From positions 158,867 through 222,866 of the forward strand of contig DBHM01000027.1 of assembly GCA_002296185.1 (NCBI GenBank): a stretch of DNA of 64,000 nt, in the 5' to 3' direction. A program made the position numbers and the translations under genes. Under the pieces are notes generated by a model. The model ran no database searches, was not told the origin of the DNA, and was given only the letters and a program-made list of their open reading frames with translations. Every line of letters starts with the position of its first letter. Within the stretch, counting starts at the first letter, position 1. Shown here one piece after another: positions 22,009-32,266 of this stretch. The stretch is from Alphaproteobacteria bacterium UBA828 (GTDB taxonomy: Bacteria > Pseudomonadota > Alphaproteobacteria > UBA828).

Positions 22009-22055
22009 GTCAGAAGGTGAGAGGATATAATATTTCCTATAAATCACCATCTGAC
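22009..22055. other. Long imperfect inverted repeat between aatA and msrP
   Basis: GTCAGAAGGTGA...TCACCATCTGAC outer arms (one mismatch) with inner AGGA/TCCT pairing. Confidence 0.5.
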
Positions 22056-22077
22056 TAAATTATGACTGGGGCAACTA

Positions 22078-23064
22078 ATGCTAATACGAGTACCAAAGGG
22101 TTGGGAGATAAAAGAACGAGAGGCTACACCTAAGGATACTTTTTCCCAGCGCAGAATGCTTCTTAAGACTTTGCTTTCTGTTCCAGCGGTTGCTGCCGGG
22201 ACTTCATTCATTGCTTCGGGTAAAGCAGTGGTAGCAAAAGAAAATAATGATGACCCTACATCAGACCTTTATCCTGTAATCCGTAACAATCGATATAAAT
22301 TAGATAGACCAATAACACCAAAGGAAATTTCCACAAAATATAACAACTATTATGAATTTGGTTCCCACAAAGAGATTTGGAGCTTAACAGATAATCTTTC
22401 TACCAGACCATGGCTAGTGACCATCGATGGATTGGTAGATAAAAAAATTGTTATAGATATCGATTCACTCATTCGCCAGATGCCACTTGAAGAGCGTGTT
22501 TATAGACATAGGTGCGTAGAGCGATGGTCTATGGCTGTTCCCTATAGTGGTTTTCCTCTGAGTAATTTAATTTCTTTGGCGAAGCCTTTGAATTCAGCAA
22601 AGTATATTGTGATGCAGAGTTTTTTTGATGCCGATGTAGCCCCTGGGCAGCGGCAGTTTTGGTATCCATGGCCTTATACCGAGGGTCTTACTATAGATGA
22701 AGCACTTAATGAATTAGCTTTTATTGCAACAGGTTATTATGGAGAGCCAATACCTAATCAAAATGGAGCGCCTTTAAGATTAGCGGTTCCATGGAAGTAT
22801 GGCTTTAAACATATCAAAGGCATAGTGAGATTTACTTTTTCTGACAAACGTCCCGTATCTTTCTGGGAGGAAATTGCAGGAAGTGAATACGGCTTCTGGG
22901 CTAATGTAGCAGGTTCTGTTCCTCATCCAAGATGGCCCCAAGCAACTGAGGAGTTTTTCGGCCCAAATGGTAAGGAGAAAAGAAGAACTCAGCTTTATAA
23001 CGGTTATAGTGAATATGTATCTTATCTTTATAGGGGGCTAAAAGGTGAGTCATTATTCAAATAG
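22078..23064 (+). CDS. msrP: Protein-methionine-sulfoxide reductase catalytic subunit (Tat-exported molybdoenzyme)
   Basis: SQRRMLLK Tat motif, YNNYYEFG, YRHRCVE, WPYTEGL, QNGAPLRL.VPWKYGFK, HPRW.QATE. Confidence 0.93.
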   Translation: MLIRVPKGWEIKEREATPKDTFSQRRMLLKTLLSVPAVAAGTSFIASGKAVVAKENNDDPTSDLYPVIRNNRYKLDRPITPKEISTKYNNYYEFGSHKEIWSLTDNLSTRPWLVTIDGLVDKKIVIDIDSLIRQMPLEERVYRHRCVERWSMAVPYSGFPLSNLISLAKPLNSAKYIVMQSFFDADVAPGQRQFWYPWPYTEGLTIDEALNELAFIATGYYGEPIPNQNGAPLRLAVPWKYGFKHIKGIVRFTFSDKRPVSFWEEIAGSEYGFWANVAGSVPHPRWPQATEEFFGPNGKEKRRTQLYNGYSEYVSYLYRGLKGESLFK

Positions 23065-23728
23065 AAATGATGATTGCGTTGCGCCTTTAGTTATTTTCGA
23101 TTGTGATGGAGTTCTAGTTGACAGTGAGCCGATAGCTGCATCAGTAATTTCTTCTTTACTAATTGAAGAGAATATAAATTTAACCCCAACAGAATGCGAA
23201 TCTATATTCTCCGGTTATACCATGGACTCAGTAGTAGCATGGATTAAGGACAATTATTCTATTTCACTGTCTAAGAGCTTTATATCCAGATGCCACATAA
23301 AAACACTTGAATCTATAAGTAATGAATTGCAACCAATAAGAGGCATAAGAACTGTTTTGGACACTATAAGAAATCCAATCTGCGTGGCGTCTAATGGTGA
23401 ACTAAAAAAGGTAAAACATAGTCTAAGATCCGCGGGTCTCTCAAAGTATTTTGGAAATAGTTTATTTTGTATTGACCATGTATCTTTTGGAAAGCCTCAC
23501 CCAGATCTCTTCTTATATGCAGCAGAAGTAATGGGATACAAACCAGAAAATACACTTGTAGTTGAAGATAGTTTAACAGGAGTGAGAGCTGCTGTAGCTG
23601 CAGGTATGGGGGTTTTTGGTTATGTTCCTGAAGAAAAAAATAATGCAAGCTTTTTTCGTAGAGAATTATCTTTAGAAGGGGCAGAAATATTTTCTAAAAT
23701 GGTAGACTTGCCAGGTTTAATTAAATGA
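23045..23728 (+). CDS. HAD-superfamily hydrolase (IA)
   Basis: FDCDGVLVDSE, GKPHPDLF, VEDS..GV. Confidence 0.9.
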   Translation: MSHYSNRNDDCVAPLVIFDCDGVLVDSEPIAASVISSLLIEENINLTPTECESIFSGYTMDSVVAWIKDNYSISLSKSFISRCHIKTLESISNELQPIRGIRTVLDTIRNPICVASNGELKKVKHSLRSAGLSKYFGNSLFCIDHVSFGKPHPDLFLYAAEVMGYKPENTLVVEDSLTGVRAAVAAGMGVFGYVPEEKNNASFFRRELSLEGAEIFSKMVDLPGLIK

Positions 23729-23758
23729 AAATGGGGCCAAACCATTTGGCTTGGCCCC
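23724..23758 (-). terminator. Rho-independent terminator of the sRNA; the hairpin may also serve the converging HAD gene
   Basis: GGGGCCAAGCCA-AA-TGGTTTGGCCCC followed by ATTTTCATTT on the minus strand. Confidence 0.75.
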
Positions 23759-23909
23759 TACTAGACAGGGAGGCTTTACGTCTGGGAGACGTTGGCAGCC
23801 AGTAACCAAGCTACCTTTGTGATGGCTATTTATGTAGACCATCATGGGTTCGATTCTACAGGGTAAGAACCAAAACCCGGGAGATTTGAACTAATTTTAT
23901 CTAACTCCA
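23728..23909 (-). ncRNA. Candidate multi-hairpin trans-acting sRNA downstream of lsrB
   Basis: Five consecutive stem-loops, anti-SD motifs UCUCCC, CUCCCA and CCUCCCUG, intrinsic terminator, upstream -10 TATTTT and LysR palindrome; ends approximate. Confidence 0.75.
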
Positions 23910-23961
23910 AGAGTAAAATAGGCCATTTTAAAAATTTTTCCAGAATAAGAATTAGAGAGTA

Positions 23962-23982
23962 GATATGCATTTAATGCATATC
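23962..23982. promoter_or_regulatory. LysR-type binding palindrome
   Basis: Perfect GATATGCAT-TTA-ATGCATATC with T-N11-A core, centred about 63 bp upstream of the inferred sRNA start. Confidence 0.7.
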
Positions 23983-24046
23983 AATAAGTGATGTGATACC
24001 TCTTATTTTAGGGGGGGTAGCTCAGTTTAAAATTAAGGTTTGAAAG

Positions 24047-24937
24047 CTAATATAGCCAATTAGCAAGTTGCTCTATAAGAAAATCCCTGAAAACATTCAC
24101 TCGTTTAGAGTGTTTTAGTTCCTCAGGATATACAAAAAAACTATCAATTTCTGGCCCTTCTATATCTGGAAGAACTCTTTTTAGTCGAGTGTGATCTTGA
24201 ACAGAGTAATCTGGCAGGCCTGCTATGCCCAATCCACTTTCAACAGCTTGCACCATACAATAGATATTATTTACCTCTAAAGCTGCTTTTGTTGAACGTT
24301 CTATATTACCACTTAATTGTAACATCCAGAATGGATCGATTATTGGTGTAAGGGGGCCTCTATTATATACGATTATTTGGTGCTGTGATAGATCCTTGAC
24401 AGACTCCACTTTTCCATTTGCTTCTAAATATTGAGGGGAAGCATATATATGGTGGTGAAATTTCATTAGGTGTCTTTGTATTAAGTCAGGTTGTCTAAGA
24501 GGACCAATTCTAATAGCAACATCAGCTTCCCTCATGCTTAGATCAAGCGGAGCATCACTTGCTAATAATATCACATCAATTTCTGGATAATTTTTTCTAA
24601 ATTCACCTAGCCGAGGTGCAAGCCAAATTGATGCGAAAGTTACAGGAGCTGTTACTATTAGTTGGCCACGCGGAGTATCCCTGCCTTCAGAAATTGCTGC
24701 TTCAGTTAATGACATCCTAGAATATATTTCTTGTGCAGTCTCAAGTAATAGATCACCGTGCTCTGTTGGTGCTAGCCCCCGAGAGTGCCTATGAAAGAGA
24801 GAAACACCCAGCTGATCTTCAAGATTAGAGACTTGGCGACTAATTGAGGACTGGCTTAGATTTAATTCTCTTCCAGCTGCAGTAAAGCTTCCTGCTAGAG
24901 CGACTGTTCTAAATATTCTAAGTTTATCCCAGTCCAT
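24047..24937 (-). CDS. lsrB: LysR-family regulator, LsrB/VtlR ortholog
   Basis: MDWDKLRIF..VA.AGSFT start, DLSMREADVAIR, VYPEELK.SKRV.VFRDFL; directly downstream of trxB. Confidence 0.85.
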   Translation of the reverse strand: MDWDKLRIFRTVALAGSFTAAGRELNLSQSSISRQVSNLEDQLGVSLFHRHSRGLAPTEHGDLLLETAQEIYSRMSLTEAAISEGRDTPRGQLIVTAPVTFASIWLAPRLGEFRKNYPEIDVILLASDAPLDLSMREADVAIRIGPLRQPDLIQRHLMKFHHHIYASPQYLEANGKVESVKDLSQHQIIVYNRGPLTPIIDPFWMLQLSGNIERSTKAALEVNNIYCMVQAVESGLGIAGLPDYSVQDHTRLKRVLPDIEGPEIDSFFVYPEELKHSKRVNVFRDFLIEQLANWLY

Positions 24938-24988
24938 AAGATTTAGATCCTTTAGTAAATGATTATCTTGAAGAAAACATTTAGAATA

Positions 24989-25930
24989 TTAGTTATCAGC
25001 TAGTAGTTTTTCTGCTTCTAAGGCTCCCATGCATCCAGTGCCCGCTGCCGTAACGGCTTGTCTATAAATTTTATCTTGCACATCACCGGCAGCAAAAACA
25101 CCTTTCACGCTTGTTGATGTGCTATCGGGGGAGGTTAGGATATAACCCTCCTTATCCATATCTAATTGCCCCTTAAAGATTTCAGTATTTGGACTGTGTC
25201 CTATGGCAATAAAGACACCATCTACAGCTATTTCTCTTTGTTTGTTATCTTTTGTGGAAGATAAATTAATCCCTTTTACACCCAGAGGTTGGTCATTTCC
25301 TATTATCTCTTGCAGTGTGTGGTCCCAAACGACACTAACTTTGCTATTTGCAAATAACCTATCCTGGAGAATTTTTTCGGCTCTTAGTTTGTCTCGTCTG
25401 TGGACAAGGGTAACCTTCTTAGCATGATTAGTAAGATAGAGGGCTTCTTCTACTGCTGTGTTGCCACCGCCAATTACCGCAACCTCCTTGTCTCTATAGA
25501 AAAAACCATCACATGTTGCGCAGGCAGATACACCGAATCCCATAAATTTCTCTTCACTCTCTAAGCCAAGCCATTTAGCTTGTGCTCCTGTGCATATAAT
25601 GACTGTTTCTCCTAAATACTCATCCCCTGAGTCTGCAGTGCATAGAAATGGCCTTTTTGAAAAATCAACACCTGTTATAAGGTCAGATATAACTTTCACT
25701 CCCACTTTCTTGGCCTGTTCACGCATTTGATCCATCAACCATGGCCCTTGAATTACTTCTGCAAAACCAGGGTAGTTTTCAACATCTGTAGTGATTGTTA
25801 GTTGTCCCCCAGGCTCAAGGCCTGCAACAAGGGTCGGTTCTAGGTTAGCTCGTGCAGCATAAATAGCTGCAGTATATCCCGCTGGTCCGGATCCAATAAT
25901 TAAAACTTTAGTTCGATTTGTTTTTGGCAT
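24989..25930 (-). CDS. trxB: Thioredoxin reductase
   Basis: GSGPAGYTAA, SACATCDGFF, GGGNTAVEEA, AAGDV.D..YRQA. Confidence 0.97.
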   Translation of the reverse strand: MPKTNRTKVLIIGSGPAGYTAAIYAARANLEPTLVAGLEPGGQLTITTDVENYPGFAEVIQGPWLMDQMREQAKKVGVKVISDLITGVDFSKRPFLCTADSGDEYLGETVIICTGAQAKWLGLESEEKFMGFGVSACATCDGFFYRDKEVAVIGGGNTAVEEALYLTNHAKKVTLVHRRDKLRAEKILQDRLFANSKVSVVWDHTLQEIIGNDQPLGVKGINLSSTKDNKQREIAVDGVFIAIGHSPNTEIFKGQLDMDKEGYILTSPDSTSTSVKGVFAAGDVQDKIYRQAVTAAGTGCMGALEAEKLLADN

Positions 25931-25984
25931 GAGTTAAGTTATTATTTCTATCATGTAATTTGAATTAAGGGTTATCTGATTACA

Positions 25985-26986
25985 TTACAATTTAGTATGA
26001 TAATCCTCTATAATGTTTTTTACTAATTTCCCAATCCTTTCAGTTTCTCTCGGTGGATTGTATTGCCATGAGTCTAGGCTGTCTTTATACCAACGAGCAT
26101 ATCCGGAATTAATAATGTCTTCAAAGAATCTCTCAAATCGAGCAGATCCTTTTCCTTTTAACTTATATATATATGTTGGTTTTCCAGTAGAAATAGCTTC
26201 CGAAGTCATAGTCACGGAGTCGCAGGTTGTTATAATAAAATCGGCGTGGGCCAAAAAACCAGTATATGGATTCGCCCCTTGTCCATCCCATACAAACCCT
26301 GGAGTCTCTTTTAGTCCATTTTTTAGGGCATTGAGAACATGAAGGTCTGTCCTTCTTGAACCTGAAATTAAGACGCTACCTCCTTTTTTTTGGGCTAAAT
26401 ATGCAAGCTCTGCTGCAAAACTTATAGCCGCACTTGAGTCGAATTTGTATCTGCGAGTTGAGCCTCCTATTAATACTGCTATTATTGGTTTTGGATAATT
26501 TATAAATTGTTCTGAAAAACGCTCAAGTGATTGACTTAATATTATATCATTAATCCGGTGTAATGCTCCTTGAGACTCAATAATATTTGATCCAATTAAT
26601 TTATCATGTTGAGGGGCTATTATTAAATTAAACATTTTAGGTGGTATTAATGGATTCTGAATATGTATAGTAAATGTTTTTTTTCTAGAATATTTTTTTA
26701 CAGCAATGGCATAAGCAACGGATTTATGACCACAACTAATTAAAATTTTTGGCAGTTCTATTTTGTCAGAATTACACTCCGTGAGGTTATGTAGTATATT
26801 AACCAGTGGTTTTATAGGCATCCAGTGTGGACGTATAAGATTATGAAGAGGGGGTTTGGGAACTCTTAAGCAAACAGGATTCACATTTATATGCTCTGAC
26901 AGGCCTAAGGCTTGGTTTTCCATTCCGGCTGAGCCGTCTGTAATTATCCAGCAGCTTTGGTTATCCTGTTTAGTAATCGAGCTCAT
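25985..26986 (-). CDS. ELM1/GtrOC1-family (mitochondrial fission ELM1-like) protein
   Basis: ITDG.AGMENQA.GL, IHIQNP, P.HD, SRRT, NPY, T.DSVTM.SEA..TGKP. Confidence 0.85.
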   Translation of the reverse strand: MSSITKQDNQSCWIITDGSAGMENQALGLSEHINVNPVCLRVPKPPLHNLIRPHWMPIKPLVNILHNLTECNSDKIELPKILISCGHKSVAYAIAVKKYSRKKTFTIHIQNPLIPPKMFNLIIAPQHDKLIGSNIIESQGALHRINDIILSQSLERFSEQFINYPKPIIAVLIGGSTRRYKFDSSAAISFAAELAYLAQKKGGSVLISGSRRTDLHVLNALKNGLKETPGFVWDGQGANPYTGFLAHADFIITTCDSVTMTSEAISTGKPTYIYKLKGKGSARFERFFEDIINSGYARWYKDSLDSWQYNPPRETERIGKLVKNIIEDYHTKL

Positions 26987-27125
26987 GATTTCATGTTAAT
27001 TCAAGGAATTTCATACTTTAAAATATAGATAGAATAATGTGAATATGAGGTTTTTTATACAAATACTTGATTCTGATAGCTAAGTTCGTAAATCTTAAGT
27101 GAGTAAGGGGCTATTTTTTGTTTAT

Positions 27126-27199
27126 TGGTTGGGGGAATAGGATTCGAACCTATATTTACGGAGTCAGAGTCCGCTGTCCTACCGTTAGACGATCCCCCA
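27126..27199 (-). tRNA. tRNA-Gln (anticodon CTG), CCA encoded
   Basis: TGGGGGATCGTCTAACGGTAGGACAGCGGACTCTGACTCCGTAAATATAGGTTCGAATCCTATTCCCCCAACCA folds as a cloverleaf; TTGACT-N17-TATCTC promoter upstream. Confidence 0.97.
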
Positions 27200-27379
27200 A
27201 AAATATATATCACCGCGAGATAAGGCTCTAATGCTTAGAAGTCAACGTTTAGCATAAAATTTTCAATTATCGGCTGATTTGTGATTTTGACTAATTGAAG
27301 CTTTGGGCCTATTTAATTTCCATAGTCTAATAGCATCAGATAGGCACATTGTATCGAATATAGTGGAGAGATAAGGCCT

Positions 27380-28372
27380 ATGAAAAAAAAATCAGAACCT
27401 GGAATTGTAAGAGGTTGTTATGCGGCAATTGATCTAGGTACTAACAATTGTAGAATGATCATTGCTATCAACAGAGAAGATTCTCTTGAAATCGTCGCGT
27501 CTTATTCGCGTATTGTTCGTCTTGGAGAAGGTCTTGCAGAGACTGGTGTTTTGAGTCATGCAGCAATGGATCGAACAATTGAAGCTTTAAGTATATGTGC
27601 AAACCGAATCAAAAAAATTGGGGTCGATAAAATTTGTGCAGTTGCAACAGATGCCTGCCGTAGAGCTGAAAATGCTGATATATTTTTAAGCCGAATTAAA
27701 TCAGAAACAGGCTTAGATTTTGAAATAATTTCTCCAGAGAAGGAGGCAGGTTATGCGCTAATAGGATGTTCTCCTCTAATCGATACTACATCAGAGAGGT
27801 CTATAATCTTCGATATTGGAGGTGGTAGTACAGAAATTATAATTGTTGATAGTAGGTCCTTAAACTTAGATAGATGTATATCAATGGGACTTGGAGTGGT
27901 TGGCCTAACAGAAAAGTACGGGGGCAATTTTTTATCCGAAGAAGATTTCGAATCTATGGTTTATGAAGTATCAATACCTGTCAGGGAATTTATGATCACT
28001 CTGGAACGCGATGGAATTGAAATTAATTCACAGGTTCAATTAATAGGTACATCTGGTACATTAACTACCCTTGGGGGAGTTTACTTGAATCTAGATCGCT
28101 ATGATAGGGACAGGGTTGATGGTTTAAATATATCTATTAAAGATATAGAAATAATGATCCGGCGTTTACTGTCCATGGGCTATGCAGAGCGTTCGGCTAT
28201 TCCTTGTGTTGGGGAGGGTAGGGGAGATGTTGTTCTTGCTGGCTGCGCTATTCTCAAGGCTATAATTTCTATGATTCCAGTCCAAAAACTTATTGTCGCA
28301 GACAGAGGTTTAAGAGAAGGAATTTTGCAAGAGATGATAAAAAATAATGGAAGGTACAAAGCCCTAGTATGA
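27380..28372 (+). CDS. ppx: Ppx/GppA family exopolyphosphatase
   Basis: IDLGTNNCR, VRLGEG, FDIGGGSTE, GTSGT, DRGLREG. Confidence 0.92.
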   Translation: MKKKSEPGIVRGCYAAIDLGTNNCRMIIAINREDSLEIVASYSRIVRLGEGLAETGVLSHAAMDRTIEALSICANRIKKIGVDKICAVATDACRRAENADIFLSRIKSETGLDFEIISPEKEAGYALIGCSPLIDTTSERSIIFDIGGGSTEIIIVDSRSLNLDRCISMGLGVVGLTEKYGGNFLSEEDFESMVYEVSIPVREFMITLERDGIEINSQVQLIGTSGTLTTLGGVYLNLDRYDRDRVDGLNISIKDIEIMIRRLLSMGYAERSAIPCVGEGRGDVVLAGCAILKAIISMIPVQKLIVADRGLREGILQEMIKNNGRYKALV

Positions 28373-29073
28373 GTAGTGCCAGAAAAAAAGGTAGTAAATC
28401 AGTTGTAACTGGTCGAAGAGGTCACAATAAAGTTACAGTAAAGGGGCGCGGGAGGCGCTCATCGTCGACTCGTTGGCTTCAAAGACAGTTGAATGATCCT
28501 TATGTTCAAGAGGCGCAGGATGCGGGTTATCGTTCACGGGCAGCATTTAAGCTTATCGAGCTAGATCAAAAATTCAATTTTTTAAAGTCTGGAAAAATTG
28601 TTGTAGATCTGGGGGCTGCTCCAGGTGGTTGGAGCCAGGTAGCTGCGAATAGGGTTGGAAAAAGGGGGATGGTTTTAGCAGTGGATATTCAAAAGATTGA
28701 CCCGATCCCTGGAGTTATAACCCTAGAAATGGATGCAACTACAGAAATTGCTCTTGAAAGCATGGTGAGGACTCTCAAATGTCCACCTAACATTGTTCTT
28801 AGCGATATGGCTTCACGCTCAACTGGTCATGCTCAAACTGACCATTTGCGTGTGGTGGCGCTTGCAGAATTGGCCGAGTTTGCTGCTAGCAAACTTTTGG
28901 CGCCAGGAGGCATATTTGTAGCTAAGGTGTTTAAGGGGGGTTCAGAAGGGGAATTGCTAAGGAATTTGAAGGCTAAGTATGATCGTGTTAAGCATGCTAA
29001 ACCACCTGCAAGTAGATCTGGATCAGCTGAGGAGTATGTTGTGGCGCAGGGTTTTAAAAAATCTATTTATTAA
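28369..29073 (+). CDS. rlmE: 23S rRNA Um2552 methyltransferase
   Basis: WL.RQLNDPYV, YRSRAAFKL, DLGAAPGGWSQ, LSDMA, KPPASR. Confidence 0.95.
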   Translation: MSSARKKGSKSVVTGRRGHNKVTVKGRGRRSSSTRWLQRQLNDPYVQEAQDAGYRSRAAFKLIELDQKFNFLKSGKIVVDLGAAPGGWSQVAANRVGKRGMVLAVDIQKIDPIPGVITLEMDATTEIALESMVRTLKCPPNIVLSDMASRSTGHAQTDHLRVVALAELAEFAASKLLAPGGIFVAKVFKGGSEGELLRNLKAKYDRVKHAKPPASRSGSAEEYVVAQGFKKSIY

Positions 29074-29089
29074 AAATTTTATAGAGTGC

Positions 29090-30607
<1,518 letters not shown>

Positions 30608-30693
30608 GTGAGTTATTTAATTTATCGTAAGGTTAGAATTCTAATACTGGAATTTATTTAAGTGAAAGACATTGTGAGATCCAGAGGACCTGT

Positions 30694-32238
30694 ATGTCAG
30701 AACGAATTTTAATTTTAGATTTTGGCTCACAAGTAACTCAACTGATTGCTCGTCGTGTGCGTGAATCAGGTGTGTATTGTGAAATGAGACCTTACACAAT
30801 GCAAGATAAAGAGATTAAAAAGTTTTCTCCATGTGCAATAATTTTATCAGGCGGGCCTTCATCAATTACTAATTCAAAAGCTCCAAGACCTTCCAAAATG
30901 GTTTTTGAATGCGGTGTACCTGTTTTAGGAATTTGTTATGGGCAGCAAGTTATGTGCGAAACTCTTGGAGGAAAGGTAGAGTCGTCTAGCTCCCGAGAAT
31001 TTGGTAGAGCTGATATGGAAATACTAGAAACATGCGAATTATTTGAGGGAATATGGAGTGTTGCCTCCACTCAAACTGTGTGGATGAGCCACGGAGATCG
31101 TGTGATAGACCTACCTGAGGGGTTTAGGGTTGTCGCTGCTTCCAAAGGTGCTCCTATGGCTGCGATAGCTGACGATACCCATAAATTTTACGGTGTTCAG
31201 TTTCATCCTGAGGTTGTCCATACTCCAAGTGGTGGAGCGCTAATTAAGAACTTCGTTCAAAGAGTAGCCAAGTGTGATGGATCCTGGACTATGTCAGCAT
31301 TCAAGAAGCGGGCTATTAAAGCAATAAGAGATCAGGTGGGATCAGGTAGAGTCGTGTGTGGGTTGTCTGGGGGAGTCGATTCAAGTGTTGTTGCTGCTTT
31401 ATTACATCAAGCTATAGGCGATCGGCTAACATGTGTCTTCGTAGACTCTGGGCTTCTTAGGCTTGGAGAAGCAGATGAAGTAGTCAATATTTTCAAGAAG
31501 GAACTTAATGTCCATCTGTTACATAAGAATGCTTCTCTTGAATTCCTATCTGCTTTAGCGGGGGTATCAGACCCTGAGGAAAAGCGTAAGATTATTGGAT
31601 CGACATTCATTGATGTTTTTGAGCGCGCGGCCCTTGAAATTGGAGGAGCAGATTTTCTGGCCCAAGGAACATTATATCCCGATGTTATAGAGAGTGTTTC
31701 TGTTTCTGGTCCAAGTGCAGTAATTAAATCTCATCATAATGTAGGCGGATTACCGGAGAGGATGAATTTACAACTTGTCGAACCTGTTAGAGAGCTTTTT
31801 AAAGATGAGGTACGTGAATTAGGACGTGAGCTTAATCTTCCAGAATCATTGATTGGACGTCATCCATTCCCAGGTCCAGGTCTTGCAATCAGGATACCTG
31901 GGGAGGTAACGGAAGGTAAAGCTAATTTATTAAGAAAAGCAGATGCTATTTTTATTGATGAAATTCGTTCCGCAGGTTTGTACGATATTATTTGGCAGGC
32001 TTTTACTGTATTATTACCAGTTCGTACTGTAGGTGTTATGGGAGATGCTCGCACTTATGATAATGTATGTGCACTTAGAGCTGTCACTTCAACAGATGGA
32101 ATGACAGCTGACTTTTACCATTTTGACATGGATTTTCTCGGGAAAGTTTCTAATAGAATTGTAAATGAGGTGCCTGGTATTAATAGAGTAGTTTATGATG
32201 TAACTAGCAAGCCACCAGGTACCATTGAGTGGGAATGA
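30694..32238 (+). CDS. guaA: GMP synthase (glutamine-hydrolysing)
   Basis: [40 protein letters not shown]. Confidence 0.98.
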   Translation: MSERILILDFGSQVTQLIARRVRESGVYCEMRPYTMQDKEIKKFSPCAIILSGGPSSITNSKAPRPSKMVFECGVPVLGICYGQQVMCETLGGKVESSSSREFGRADMEILETCELFEGIWSVASTQTVWMSHGDRVIDLPEGFRVVAASKGAPMAAIADDTHKFYGVQFHPEVVHTPSGGALIKNFVQRVAKCDGSWTMSAFKKRAIKAIRDQVGSGRVVCGLSGGVDSSVVAALLHQAIGDRLTCVFVDSGLLRLGEADEVVNIFKKELNVHLLHKNASLEFLSALAGVSDPEEKRKIIGSTFIDVFERAALEIGGADFLAQGTLYPDVIESVSVSGPSAVIKSHHNVGGLPERMNLQLVEPVRELFKDEVRELGRELNLPESLIGRHPFPGPGLAIRIPGEVTEGKANLLRKADAIFIDEIRSAGLYDIIWQAFTVLLPVRTVGVMGDARTYDNVCALRAVTSTDGMTADFYHFDMDFLGKVSNRIVNEVPGINRVVYDVTSKPPGTIEWE

Positions 32239-32266
32239 CAAGTAAATTTATTAGGGAGAATGAAAC

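Noticed and set aside
24011..24027. tRNA-like GGGGGGGTAGCTCAGTT
   Set aside because: Resembles a tRNA 5' end but has no anticodon arm, T-arm or acceptor complement
32227..32238. att-site duplication of the guaA 3' end
   Set aside because: No direct repeat seen downstream; the only partial match (near 39710) is inverted and inside a coding sequence, and there is no integrase
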